From assembly GCA_964449215.1 (NCBI GenBank), contig CAYVAH010000024.1, positions 1 through 12,339 on the forward strand: DNA of 12,339 nt, written 5' to 3'. The translations under genes were made by a program, and so were the position numbers. Positions 1 through 6,666 of this stretch are shown here, one piece after another. The notes beneath the pieces are model-generated. The model was not told the origin of the DNA. It saw only the letters and a list, made by a program, of their open reading frames with translations, and made no database searches. How positions within the stretch are numbered: the stretch's first letter is position 1; each line of letters starts with the position of its first letter. Source of the DNA: Candidatus Undinarchaeota archaeon. Lineage in GTDB: Archaea > SpSt-1190.

Positions 1-154
1 CCCTATAAAGAGAATCAATTAGATTTCTCACTTTTGGAGACTTCCATACAAAAGGGCGTTGGATCTCGGGGATGGCTATTTCTCCTGATCTGTACCAACC
101 CAATATGATGTCAACAGGGTGATTCTGTACGGAATATTTCTCAATTATTGCCAT
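1..154 (-). CDS. DUF262 domain protein (GmrSD-like modification-dependent restriction family), N-terminal 51 aa, runs off the window
   Basis: Manual translation from ATG at 154: [51 protein letters not shown]. The P-x-x-QR-x-FVW...LIDSL-Y-R pattern is the DUF262 N-terminal signature. Not in the ORF track. Confidence 0.88.
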   Translation of the reverse strand, partial: MAIIEKYSVQNHPVDIILGWYRSGEIAIPEIQRPFVWKSPKVRNLIDSLYR

Positions 155-182
155 CTTTATCTATGGCTCAAACTTGTGCAAA

Positions 183-196
183 TTTATAATCTTTTC
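183..196 (-). promoter_or_regulatory. BRE/TATA promoter of the DUF262 gene
   Basis: Minus strand reads GAAAAG-A-TTATAAA, about 29 nt upstream of ATG 154. Confidence 0.55.
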
Positions 197-263
197 ATTA
201 AACCATCTCCATAATAAACCCCCAGAACTAAGAATTATATGAACCAAGTAGGGAGCCTAACCG

Positions 264-286
264 AAAAGAAAGCGCCCCGGCCGGGG
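264..286 (-). terminator. Putative terminator: GC palindrome followed by a T-rich tract
   Basis: Perfect palindrome CCCCGGCCGGGG (275-286) followed on the minus strand by CGC-TTTCTTTT, starting 7 nt after the zinc-ribbon stop codon. Confidence 0.5.
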
Positions 287-293
287 ACCCTGT

Positions 294-452
294 TCAGGGC
301 CCAACAAAACCACACTTGCACTTCCAGGGCTTGGAGCTCTTCCTGCACCTGCCGCACCGGTATATAGGCTCGCCGCAGTTCGGGCACTTGAACCTCACAG
401 AGCCCTCTACCGTTGAAAGGTCGGCGCTGCAGGTCACGCATCTGAACTCCAT
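294..452 (-). CDS. Small zinc-ribbon protein, HVO_2753/DUF1610 family (52 aa)
   Basis: Manual translation: MEFRCVTCSADLSTVEGSVRFKCPNCGEPIYRCGRCRKSSKPWKCKCGFVGP. Four Cys pairs, F-x-CPNCGE and C-terminal CGFxGP. AGGAG lies 7 nt before the ATG. Below the ORF-track length cutoff. Confidence 0.92.
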   Translation of the reverse strand: MEFRCVTCSADLSTVEGSVRFKCPNCGEPIYRCGRCRKSSKPWKCKCGFVGP

Positions 453-465
453 GTGGCTTCTCCTA

Positions 466-933
466 TCAGGGGTATAAAAAGCTATTGCTGTTTATGGCTT
501 CCCTCCTCTGTGCGGGTGGCTCCAGATAGGTCCCGGGACCCCCGGCAAGTTTTTTGAGTTCTTCCTTTATGTCCAGTATGCGGGCCGAGTTCACCTGGCG
601 TTTTTGTATGATGTTGCCAAAGGCTCTCTCGACCTCAGCGTAGCCTTCAACAGGCGACTCGCATTTTACCTTCAGGGTGGAGCGACCCTCCAGCGCACCT
701 ATCTGAACTTCAAGGATGCTGGTCCCCTTCCCGATTTCATTGTAGCTTATGGTGTAGGTCCAGCCCCTCTGTGATCGCCACCTGCGGATATGCACCCCGC
801 GCCCCTCGCCGAAAGCATAGGCATTGCCTGAAAGGGCTTTCAGGTCAGAGGTCGTTTTTGCAGTTTCGTTCAAAAACTTCAGAAGCTCTCCTGCAACTTT
901 TCCCAGATACCTCCTCGATATTACCCTGCTCAC
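466..933 (-). CDS. Hypothetical protein (155 aa)
   Basis: Fills the gap between DUF6390 and the zinc-ribbon gene in the same orientation. GTG start about 20 nt after a TTTAAG box. No family recognised. Confidence 0.7.
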   Translation of the reverse strand: MSRVISRRYLGKVAGELLKFLNETAKTTSDLKALSGNAYAFGEGRGVHIRRWRSQRGWTYTISYNEIGKGTSILEVQIGALEGRSTLKVKCESPVEGYAEVERAFGNIIQKRQVNSARILDIKEELKKLAGGPGTYLEPPAQRREAINSNSFLYP

Positions 934-952
934 AATATTATAGAGCCCGGGG

Positions 953-966
953 CTTAAAGTTTTTTT
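953..966 (-). promoter_or_regulatory. BRE/TATA-like promoter for the orphan and zinc-ribbon pair
   Basis: Minus strand AAAAAAAC-TTTAAG, overlapping the DUF6390 stop and about 20 nt from GTG 933, consistent with a leaderless mRNA. Confidence 0.5.
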
Positions 967-1642
967 ACTCCCAGCTGTGCTTAACTGTGTCGATGACCGT
1001 CCTCAGGTTATCCTCGTAGAGCCGGATTGCCTTCCGGGAGGCTTTCTCGAAGGCAACACCGTGGTGCAGGAAAACCCTGTCGCCTGGCTTGACGTCAAAA
1101 AAAGCTGCCTCCACTCGGATGTAACCTTCCCCCAGCTCGAGCCCGGGCAGGAGCCTGTTGTATTTTACTCCCTCTCCGACCGCGGTTCCCAGGGAAACCT
1201 TACAGCGGTCGGCGAAGCTCAGGACACGCGGGATGTCCTTGGCGACCGCGCCGAAATAAAGTGTGTGAAAGTTGTGTGTGAGCGGCACCCCTGCCGGCAG
1301 CTGTGCGATCTCTTCGAGCTTCTTGGGCAGGGCAACCTGCTTGAGGTTCTCCTTGAGCAGCTCCGCCGCTTCTTCGCCATACCTGCCCCACCTGTCCCAG
1401 CCGATGATGCAGGCGCTCACGACCTCCTCATCGAAGGGGGACTTCCCGCAGGCCCTCCCGACTGCGTCAAGGTAGGCATACAGGACCTTCAGTTCCCTGA
1501 TGAAATCCTTTACCCTACCGGTTTCTTCGTCCGTCCAGTTTTCTTTCTTCAGCAGTTCATATATCCCCGGCTCTTTTCTGCCACAAAGACCCAGGGTGTT
1601 CGGCTTGTAAGAAAACCGGAGCGCCAGCTTAAGGGAATCCAC
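965..1642 (-). CDS. DUF6390-like protein with a C-terminal HypC-like segment (about 225 aa)
   Basis: Motifs RFSYKPNTLGLCG, LYAYL...SPFDEEVV, THNFH, DRCKVSLG and GDRVFLHHG resemble DUF6390 as I recall it (RYAYPPNxLGYCG, DPLDxxVVEAYW, PHHSFH, DxCRIxWG, GDxVSLHW). GTG 1642 chosen because GAGGTG lies 7 nt upstream; the track start is 1657. Confidence 0.8.
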   Translation of the reverse strand: MDSLKLALRFSYKPNTLGLCGRKEPGIYELLKKENWTDEETGRVKDFIRELKVLYAYLDAVGRACGKSPFDEEVVSACIIGWDRWGRYGEEAAELLKENLKQVALPKKLEEIAQLPAGVPLTHNFHTLYFGAVAKDIPRVLSFADRCKVSLGTAVGEGVKYNRLLPGLELGEGYIRVEAAFFDVKPGDRVFLHHGVAFEKASRKAIRLYEDNLRTVIDTVKHSWE

Positions 1643-2516
1643 CGCCCGCCACCTCACTCTTGGTTCCTGCCAGAATCCCGCAGCCCAGGAGTATCAGGGC
1701 GGAGCCAACGAGCTGGAGTGAATAGACCGGCTCGTTCAGGAAGAGCACTCCCAGAACCAGTGAGATAACCGGTGAGAGCAGCAGGATGCTCGAGGCCTTG
1801 GACAGGTTGATGAACCTGAGCCCCCAGTACCAGGTGAGCACATACCAGGTCAGAAGTAGAGTTGAGACGGCTATGTAGAGCCACTGGACGGGCTGGAGCT
1901 CAGCTATCAGGTGAAGCTTGCCCTGGAGTGCCGCCACGCCGAACAGGAACAGGGAGCCGAAGAACATCCGCCCGAATGTGACGCGCCAGTTCGTTTCCCC
2001 GAGTCTCATGAACCTCTTGGCAAGTGTGTTCTCCACGGCCCAGAGTATGGTGGCCAGGAGGGCAAGTATATCGCCGGTCCTTACGTCGAGGGGTAAATTT
2101 TCGTACTGCAGGACTACCAGTCCCAGTAACGCGGTCCCCATGGCGAGCTTCTGTTTGTCCGTCAGCTTCTCCCCCAGGAACACGAGGGCAAGGAGTGAGG
2201 CCCAGACTGGAAGTGTTTTGTGTATGAAGGCTGCCCTCCCGCCGGTTGTCAGGGGCAGGCCTGTGAAGAAAAGCAGGAATGCCAGACCCCCACCAATGAG
2301 TCCCAGAACCGCGAGGTTCCACAGGGGGACCGGCTTGCTTTCCCCTTTGAACTTCTTGGAGAGTGCGAGGAAGACCAGGCCTATGAACAGTGCCCTGATG
2401 GCCGTGAACACCACGGGCTCCACCTTGAGAACAAAAAAGCGGTTGATGACTATCGCGGCCCCGGAACCGATGGCCGTGCCGAGCACAAGCAGGGTTCCCA
2501 GGGTCTCCTTGTCCAT
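1629..2516 (-). CDS. EamA/DMT family transporter (about 295 aa)
   Basis: About 10 hydrophobic segments in two repeats: FTAIR, PVW...VFLGEKLT, GDILALLATILWA, LSPV...LFLNEP, G-x-ALILLG. Start set to ATG 2516 (MDKETLG) because the upstream extension covers the divergent promoter. Confidence 0.92.
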   Translation of the reverse strand: MDKETLGTLLVLGTAIGSGAAIVINRFFVLKVEPVVFTAIRALFIGLVFLALSKKFKGESKPVPLWNLAVLGLIGGGLAFLLFFTGLPLTTGGRAAFIHKTLPVWASLLALVFLGEKLTDKQKLAMGTALLGLVVLQYENLPLDVRTGDILALLATILWAVENTLAKRFMRLGETNWRVTFGRMFFGSLFLFGVAALQGKLHLIAELQPVQWLYIAVSTLLLTWYVLTWYWGLRFINLSKASSILLLSPVISLVLGVLFLNEPVYSLQLVGSALILLGCGILAGTKSEVAGGGFP

Positions 2517-2580
2517 GCCCCAATCAGTCGCAGGGGTAAAAAAAGTTTTGGCTTTATAATGAGACGCCACCTATTAGAAT
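2517..2580. promoter_or_regulatory. Divergent promoter region (EamA / HAD)
   Basis: Plus-strand TTTATAA at 2553-2559, 21 nt before ATG 2581. Minus-strand AAAAC-TTTTTTTA about 21 nt before ATG 2516. Confidence 0.6.
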
Positions 2581-3297
2581 ATGATGCGACCCAAAAGGAA
2601 CAAGGTAGCAGTGTTCTTTGACTATGATGGCACTCTGGTGGAAGGGTCATCCTATGCCCGGATGGCTGAAATGCTCGGGGTGCAGCTGGATGAAAGCGGG
2701 TGGGGTGACTGGGAAACGGAAGAGGACTACAATAAAATTGACGAGGAAGATTTCCGGAGGATGCTGGAGGGGGGATACACCGACCGGAAGGGCAGGAAAC
2801 TTGCCAGGAAGGCTGCTGGGAATCAGGGGGTTCTGGAACTGCCCAAGCGGGTTGTTGAGAAGGTGAAGGCTATGGGTGCCGATGTCGGGGTCATTTCTCT
2901 GGGTTTCGGTGTGCTGGTGGATTATGAGGTCAAGAAAATGGGGATCCCCCGGAAGAACGTATATGTTTCCAGACTCACCTCCAAGAGGAGCATAGAAGAC
3001 CAGAAAGGGAACTGGCTCACGCCCCATGCCAAGGAAAGGATAATGAACGAACTGCGGTCACGTGGGGTGTACGGTGTCCTTCTGTTTGTTGGTGATGGGG
3101 GGTCTGATGCATATGCCATGAGGGCCTCAGACGGGTATGTTGTTCTGGGTAAGAAGGTGGAGGAAGTGTTCGAAAAACTGGGTGGCCCACCGGAGGGCGT
3201 GCCATACTGTGAGTGCAGAGACCTGCAGGATTTCCACGACAGGTTCGACGAGGTCATGGGGTACCTGCTCAAAACTGTTTTTTCGGGGGAGGTCTAG
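2581..3297 (+). CDS. HAD-superfamily hydrolase, phosphoserine-phosphatase-like (HAD-IB)
   Basis: Motif I FFDYDGTL, motif II VISLG, motif III Lys (HAKE), motif IV FVGDGGSD. Confidence 0.88.
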   Translation: MMRPKRNKVAVFFDYDGTLVEGSSYARMAEMLGVQLDESGWGDWETEEDYNKIDEEDFRRMLEGGYTDRKGRKLARKAAGNQGVLELPKRVVEKVKAMGADVGVISLGFGVLVDYEVKKMGIPRKNVYVSRLTSKRSIEDQKGNWLTPHAKERIMNELRSRGVYGVLLFVGDGGSDAYAMRASDGYVVLGKKVEEVFEKLGGPPEGVPYCECRDLQDFHDRFDEVMGYLLKTVFSGEV

Positions 3298-3655
3298 GAA
3301 GCCGTTCAGGCAGTTTTGTCTCGCTTTTCCAGAGCCCATGTATGTTGCACAGGGAAAGGGCCACAAGTTTCCCTCCGGATTTTACCCGGAATCTGAATGT
3401 CGCCCTCGGCTCTGTGATGGTCCCGGTTTCTCCGTGGGCACCGAACTCAGCCTTCCCGACCGGGTAGAGGAACTCGCCCTTTTCAGGTAAGTGATAGAGT
3501 TCCACCCACTTTATGTGATGCTCTGCCGTATTGGGGTGTGGAATCCCTTTCCCCACTACAACCTCTGCCGTGATTCTGCCATCCTTCACTTCGAGCAGCT
3601 CAATCACAGGCACATGCTTTTCCGTTTTCCAGTCCGCGGTTCTTATCCTTTCCAT
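3269..3655 (-). CDS. sor: Superoxide reductase (1Fe-SOR, neelaredoxin type)
   Basis: EKHVP, HPNTAEHHI and CNIHGLW supply the Glu/His4/Cys iron ligands. No desulforedoxin domain. Confidence 0.95.
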   Translation of the reverse strand: MERIRTADWKTEKHVPVIELLEVKDGRITAEVVVGKGIPHPNTAEHHIKWVELYHLPEKGEFLYPVGKAEFGAHGETGTITEPRATFRFRVKSGGKLVALSLCNIHGLWKSETKLPERLPRPPPKKQF

Positions 3656-3656
3656 T

Positions 3657-4502
3657 TTATTTCACCCCCAGCATCCCCCGGATACCCAGCCCGATTGCGA
3701 ATGACACTGTCGCCACCCCCAGGCTTATTGCGGCCATTTCCAGGAAGCTTTTCAGGAAATCTCTTTCCTTTATCACAGAGGAGAAGAAGGTGAAGATGAA
3801 AATTATAATGAGGGCATTGGCTGCTGCGACCGCCAGGGAAGAGTATGGATTCGAAAACAGGAAAAATGGAAGCACGAGCAGGAACACGGAAAGAAGGTAT
3901 GCTGCCCCTGTATAGCCTGCGGCCTGGAGGGCCTCCTCATTTCCTTCAGACCTTTGGGACAGATATTCTGAGGCTCCCATCGATAGGGTGGCTGAGATTC
4001 CAGTTATGAGGCCAGCGAGTCCGACGAGCCTGGAGTTTTGAAAGGCGAATGTGAGCCCTGCAAGCGTGCCCGTTATTTCCACGAGGGCGTCGTTTATGCC
4101 CAGCACCATTGATCCAATGTGGCGGACTTTACGCTCATCAATCAACCCCACCAAGAGTTTCTCATGTTCAACCTCATCTTTCACTATCTGCTTTGCCTCG
4201 GGGTATCCTTTTATGACCCTGGCGTATTTTTCTTGTGCCTCGCGCTCACCATTCTCCATAAGCTTCGCAACGAATGTTATCCCGAGCAGTTTTGCCAGGA
4301 GAGTGAACCAGAGAATCTTCCACCTGTCAGGTCTCACATCTTCTCCCGTGTATTTCCGCCACTCGGAATAGTGCCTGGCTTTGTCTTTCGCGAGCCGGAG
4401 GAGAGTCCGGGAGTTCTTCGGGTCCGCGAACCTGGCAAGCCTCCGGTAGATGTGGTGTTCCGTTATCTCCCCTCTCTGAAACTCCAGAATTGTGTTTTTC
4501 AC
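3657..4502 (-). CDS. Rubrerythrin-like (erythrin) domain fused to a VIT1/CCC1 iron transporter domain
   Basis: N-terminal ferritin-like helices (EITEHHIY, MENGE...Y, DEVEHE), then VIT1 motifs VLGINDALVE and SMGASEYLS, and about 5 TM segments. Confidence 0.9.
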   Translation of the reverse strand: MKNTILEFQRGEITEHHIYRRLARFADPKNSRTLLRLAKDKARHYSEWRKYTGEDVRPDRWKILWFTLLAKLLGITFVAKLMENGEREAQEKYARVIKGYPEAKQIVKDEVEHEKLLVGLIDERKVRHIGSMVLGINDALVEITGTLAGLTFAFQNSRLVGLAGLITGISATLSMGASEYLSQRSEGNEEALQAAGYTGAAYLLSVFLLVLPFFLFSNPYSSLAVAAANALIIIFIFTFFSSVIKERDFLKSFLEMAAISLGVATVSFAIGLGIRGMLGVK

Positions 4503-4576
4503 ACCGGGAAGAGTGTGGGAAATTTATATGTGTGCCTCCTACCAGAACTATTATATTTTCCCCATATATTGATTCT
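4503..4576. promoter_or_regulatory. Divergent promoter region (VIT1-sor / guaAB)
   Basis: Minus-strand TATAAAT at 4522-4528, about 20 nt before GTG 4502. Plus-strand TTATAT at 4551-4556, about 20 nt before ATG 4577. Confidence 0.6.
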
Positions 4577-5503
4577 ATGGGAAACTGGTCCGAATTTATT
4601 GAGAGAAAAGTTGAGGAGATTCGCGCTTATGTTGATGGGAAGGCGGTGGCTGCAGTATCGGGGGGCGTTGATAGTGCGGTGGCAGCCTTTCTGGTGAAGC
4701 GGGCAATTGGGGACCGGCTTTTTCCCGTGATTATCGATACCGGGTTCCTGAGGCAGGGGGAGGTGGAGGATGCAGTCCGGCGACTGACTGCCATTGGTCT
4801 TGGGCCGGAGGTCATGAACGAGCAGGACAGGTTCTTTGCAGCTCTGAAGGGGCTCAGGAATTCGGAGGAGAAGCGGCTGGCATTCGGTAAAGTCTATGGC
4901 GAGCTGCTTATGGAGTTCGCCAGGAAAAAAGGGGCGGAGTTCCTGGTCCAGGGGACCATTGCACCTGACTGGATTGAAAGCGGGGAAGGCCGCGAGAAGA
5001 TCAAAAGTCACCATAACGTGGGTGGTCTCAAAACAGAGCTCAAACTCGTTGAGCCGTTGCGCGAGCTCTACAAGGACCAGGTCCGGGAGGTTGCGTGTGT
5101 TATAGGATACGAGGCTCCAAGGCAGCCCTTTCCCGGTCCTGGCCTCTCGGTCCGTGTCCTCGGAGCTGTCACAAGGGAAAAGGTGGAGCTTATCAGGAAG
5201 GCAACCGCTGTGCTCGAGCGGGAAATTGAGGCTGCATCTGCCAGGGGTGAGTTCCCCCTGCCCTGGCAGTATTTTGCGGTTCTTCTGGACAGGAGCACAG
5301 GTGTTAAGGGTGACCTTCGCAGTTACGGATACACGGTGGCTCTGCGGGTGGTCAGCAGCAGGGACGGTATGAGCGCGGATATAGTGGAGCTGCCATACCC
5401 CCTGTTGCGGCGGCTGACTGCCAGAGTCTGTGCAATCCCGGGCATAAACAGGGTGGTTTATGATGTTACGACCAAACCTCCGGCAACGATTGAGTGGGAG
5501 TAA
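4577..5503 (+). CDS. guaAB: GMP synthase subunit B (ATP pyrophosphatase), 308 aa
   Basis: SGGVDS PP-loop, LVQGTIAPDWIES, IKSHHNVGG, PFPGPGL, YDVTTKPPATIEWE. Start moved to ATG 4577. Confidence 0.97.
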   Translation: MGNWSEFIERKVEEIRAYVDGKAVAAVSGGVDSAVAAFLVKRAIGDRLFPVIIDTGFLRQGEVEDAVRRLTAIGLGPEVMNEQDRFFAALKGLRNSEEKRLAFGKVYGELLMEFARKKGAEFLVQGTIAPDWIESGEGREKIKSHHNVGGLKTELKLVEPLRELYKDQVREVACVIGYEAPRQPFPGPGLSVRVLGAVTREKVELIRKATAVLEREIEAASARGEFPLPWQYFAVLLDRSTGVKGDLRSYGYTVALRVVSSRDGMSADIVELPYPLLRRLTARVCAIPGINRVVYDVTTKPPATIEWE

Positions 5504-6077
5504 GGTCCTGCTCATAGACAACAGGGGTCAGTGGACCTACCTTGAGGAGCGGATGCTGAAAGAACTGGGCGCCTCCGTGCTTGTGGTTCCAAACACCCGG
5601 TTGCCAGAGCTGGAGCGGTTCGATGCCGTTGTCCTCAGTGGTGGCTCGCCCAGAATCAGTCTTGATGAACTCGGGAGGGTTCCGGAGCTTGTTGATAGAT
5701 GTGCCGAGCTGGAGAAGCCTCTGCTCGGCATCTGTGTTGGCCACCAGTATCTTGCTGTCCATTTTGGTGGTGGTGCTGAACCTGCGGAGGTTCCGGAGTT
5801 CGGCCCCGTTGAGCTCAGGTTGCTTGACCGGGGTCACATATTTTCAGGTCTGCCGGAGCGTTTCAGGGTCTGGGAGAGCCACAACGACGAGGTGAAGCAC
5901 CCTGGCAGGCTTCTACCGATGGCGAGTTCCGATACTTGCCGGTATCAGGCCCTGCGTCATCCTGAACTTCCAATCTACGGTGTGCAGTTCCACCCGGAGG
6001 TCAATGAAGCTCAGTTCGGCCGCGAGATTTTCACGAACTTTTTGTTGGGTAGCGGGCGGGAAGGGCGGTTTATATAG
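5490..6077 (+). CDS. guaAA: GMP synthase subunit A (class I glutamine amidotransferase)
   Basis: IDNRGQW, LSGG, LGICVGHQ (catalytic Cys), WESHNDEV, GVQFHPEV (His-Glu). Start uncertain: TTG 5490 or ATG 5460/5463. Confidence 0.93.
   Translation: MSGSKVLLIDNRGQWTYLEERMLKELGASVLVVPNTRLPELERFDAVVLSGGSPRISLDELGRVPELVDRCAELEKPLLGICVGHQYLAVHFGGGAEPAEVPEFGPVELRLLDRGHIFSGLPERFRVWESHNDEVKHPGRLLPMASSDTCRYQALRHPELPIYGVQFHPEVNEAQFGREIFTNFLLGSGREGRFI
6069..6076 (+). promoter_or_regulatory. TATA box for the protease-HypC gene, embedded in the guaAA 3' end
   Basis: TTTATATA ends 20 nt before ATG 6097 and overlaps the guaAA stop codon. Confidence 0.6.
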
Positions 6078-6096
6078 TTCCTCTGGTGGAACTTCC

Positions 6097-6666
6097 ATGA
6101 TTGGCATCCTCGCGGTTGGGAATGAGCTCCGGGGGGATGATGGCGTTGGGATATATGCCGGGAGGCTGCTGAAGGACAGGGGTTTCCCGGTGGTGTTTGC
6201 CCACGAGAACCCGGAGAACGTGATTGACAAATTGCGCGGCTTTGATAGGATAGTGGTGCTGGACGCCGCCCATTTTTCCGGGAATGAGCCTTTCAGGGTT
6301 GTGCAGCCGGGTGATTCCCATTACAGCCACCGGCCGGGGCTTTCGAAACTGGCAGGGTTTCTCGGCGTTCCCTTCGTGGTGGTCGGCATAAAGGCATATA
6401 AGAGGGCTCTGTTTAGGGGTGTCAGTGATAGGGCGAAGGAAAACGCCCGTGCGGCGGTGAAGGTGGTTGAAATGTGTATGGCTCTTCCGGGTGTGGTGGT
6501 TGATGCTGAAAGGAAGCTGGTGGACGTGAACGGCAAGGAAAAGCAGGTTAAGTTTGCGGTCCCGGGGGTGAAGAAGGGGGACTTTGTTCTGATTCATGCA
6601 GGGGTTGTCATTGAGAGGCTGACTGCCGAGGAATTCGAGGAAGCCCGGAAGGCAATCATCTTGTGA
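6097..6666 (+). CDS. Hydrogenase maturation protease (HycI-like, aa 1-125) fused in frame to HypC (aa 126-189)
   Basis: GNELRGDDGVG, VVLDAA, YSH and VVGI mark the HycI/HybD protease family. These run with no stop codon into MCMALPG...VKKGDFVLIHAGVVIE, the HypC signature. Confidence 0.9.
   Translation: MIGILAVGNELRGDDGVGIYAGRLLKDRGFPVVFAHENPENVIDKLRGFDRIVVLDAAHFSGNEPFRVVQPGDSHYSHRPGLSKLAGFLGVPFVVVGIKAYKRALFRGVSDRAKENARAAVKVVEMCMALPGVVVDAERKLVDVNGKEKQVKFAVPGVKKGDFVLIHAGVVIERLTAEEFEEARKAIIL
6472..6666 (+). other. hypC: HypC/HybG/HupF domain, possibly also translated from an internal start (64 aa)
   Basis: ATG 6472 begins MCMALPG with the canonical Cys2. AGGTG lies 6 nt upstream, matching SD spacing elsewhere in the window. 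Confidence 0.8.

Noticed and set aside
170..185. Imperfect palindrome AAACTTGTGCAAATTT next to the DUF262 TATA box
   Set aside because: Only 12/16 symmetric in AT-rich DNA, so plausible by chance.
235..441. 68-aa ORF from the track
   Set aside because: Wrong frame. The overlapping 294-452 frame encodes a clear zinc-ribbon protein with an SD.
977..1768. 263-aa plus-strand ORF
   Set aside because: Antisense shadow of the DUF6390-like gene, with no motifs or promoter.
1900..2621. Several 130-213 aa alternative ORFs over EamA
   Set aside because: Alternative-frame or antisense shadows in GC-rich coding sequence.
4499..5521. 340-aa minus-strand ORF
   Set aside because: Antisense mirror of guaAB with no recognisable features.
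4577..6077. Split GMP synthase as a novelty
   Set aside because: Two-subunit GMP synthase is normal in many archaea.
5980..6096. N-terminal extension of the protease ORF
   Set aside because: It overlaps the guaAA catalytic region. The protease fold and a TATA box point to ATG 6097.
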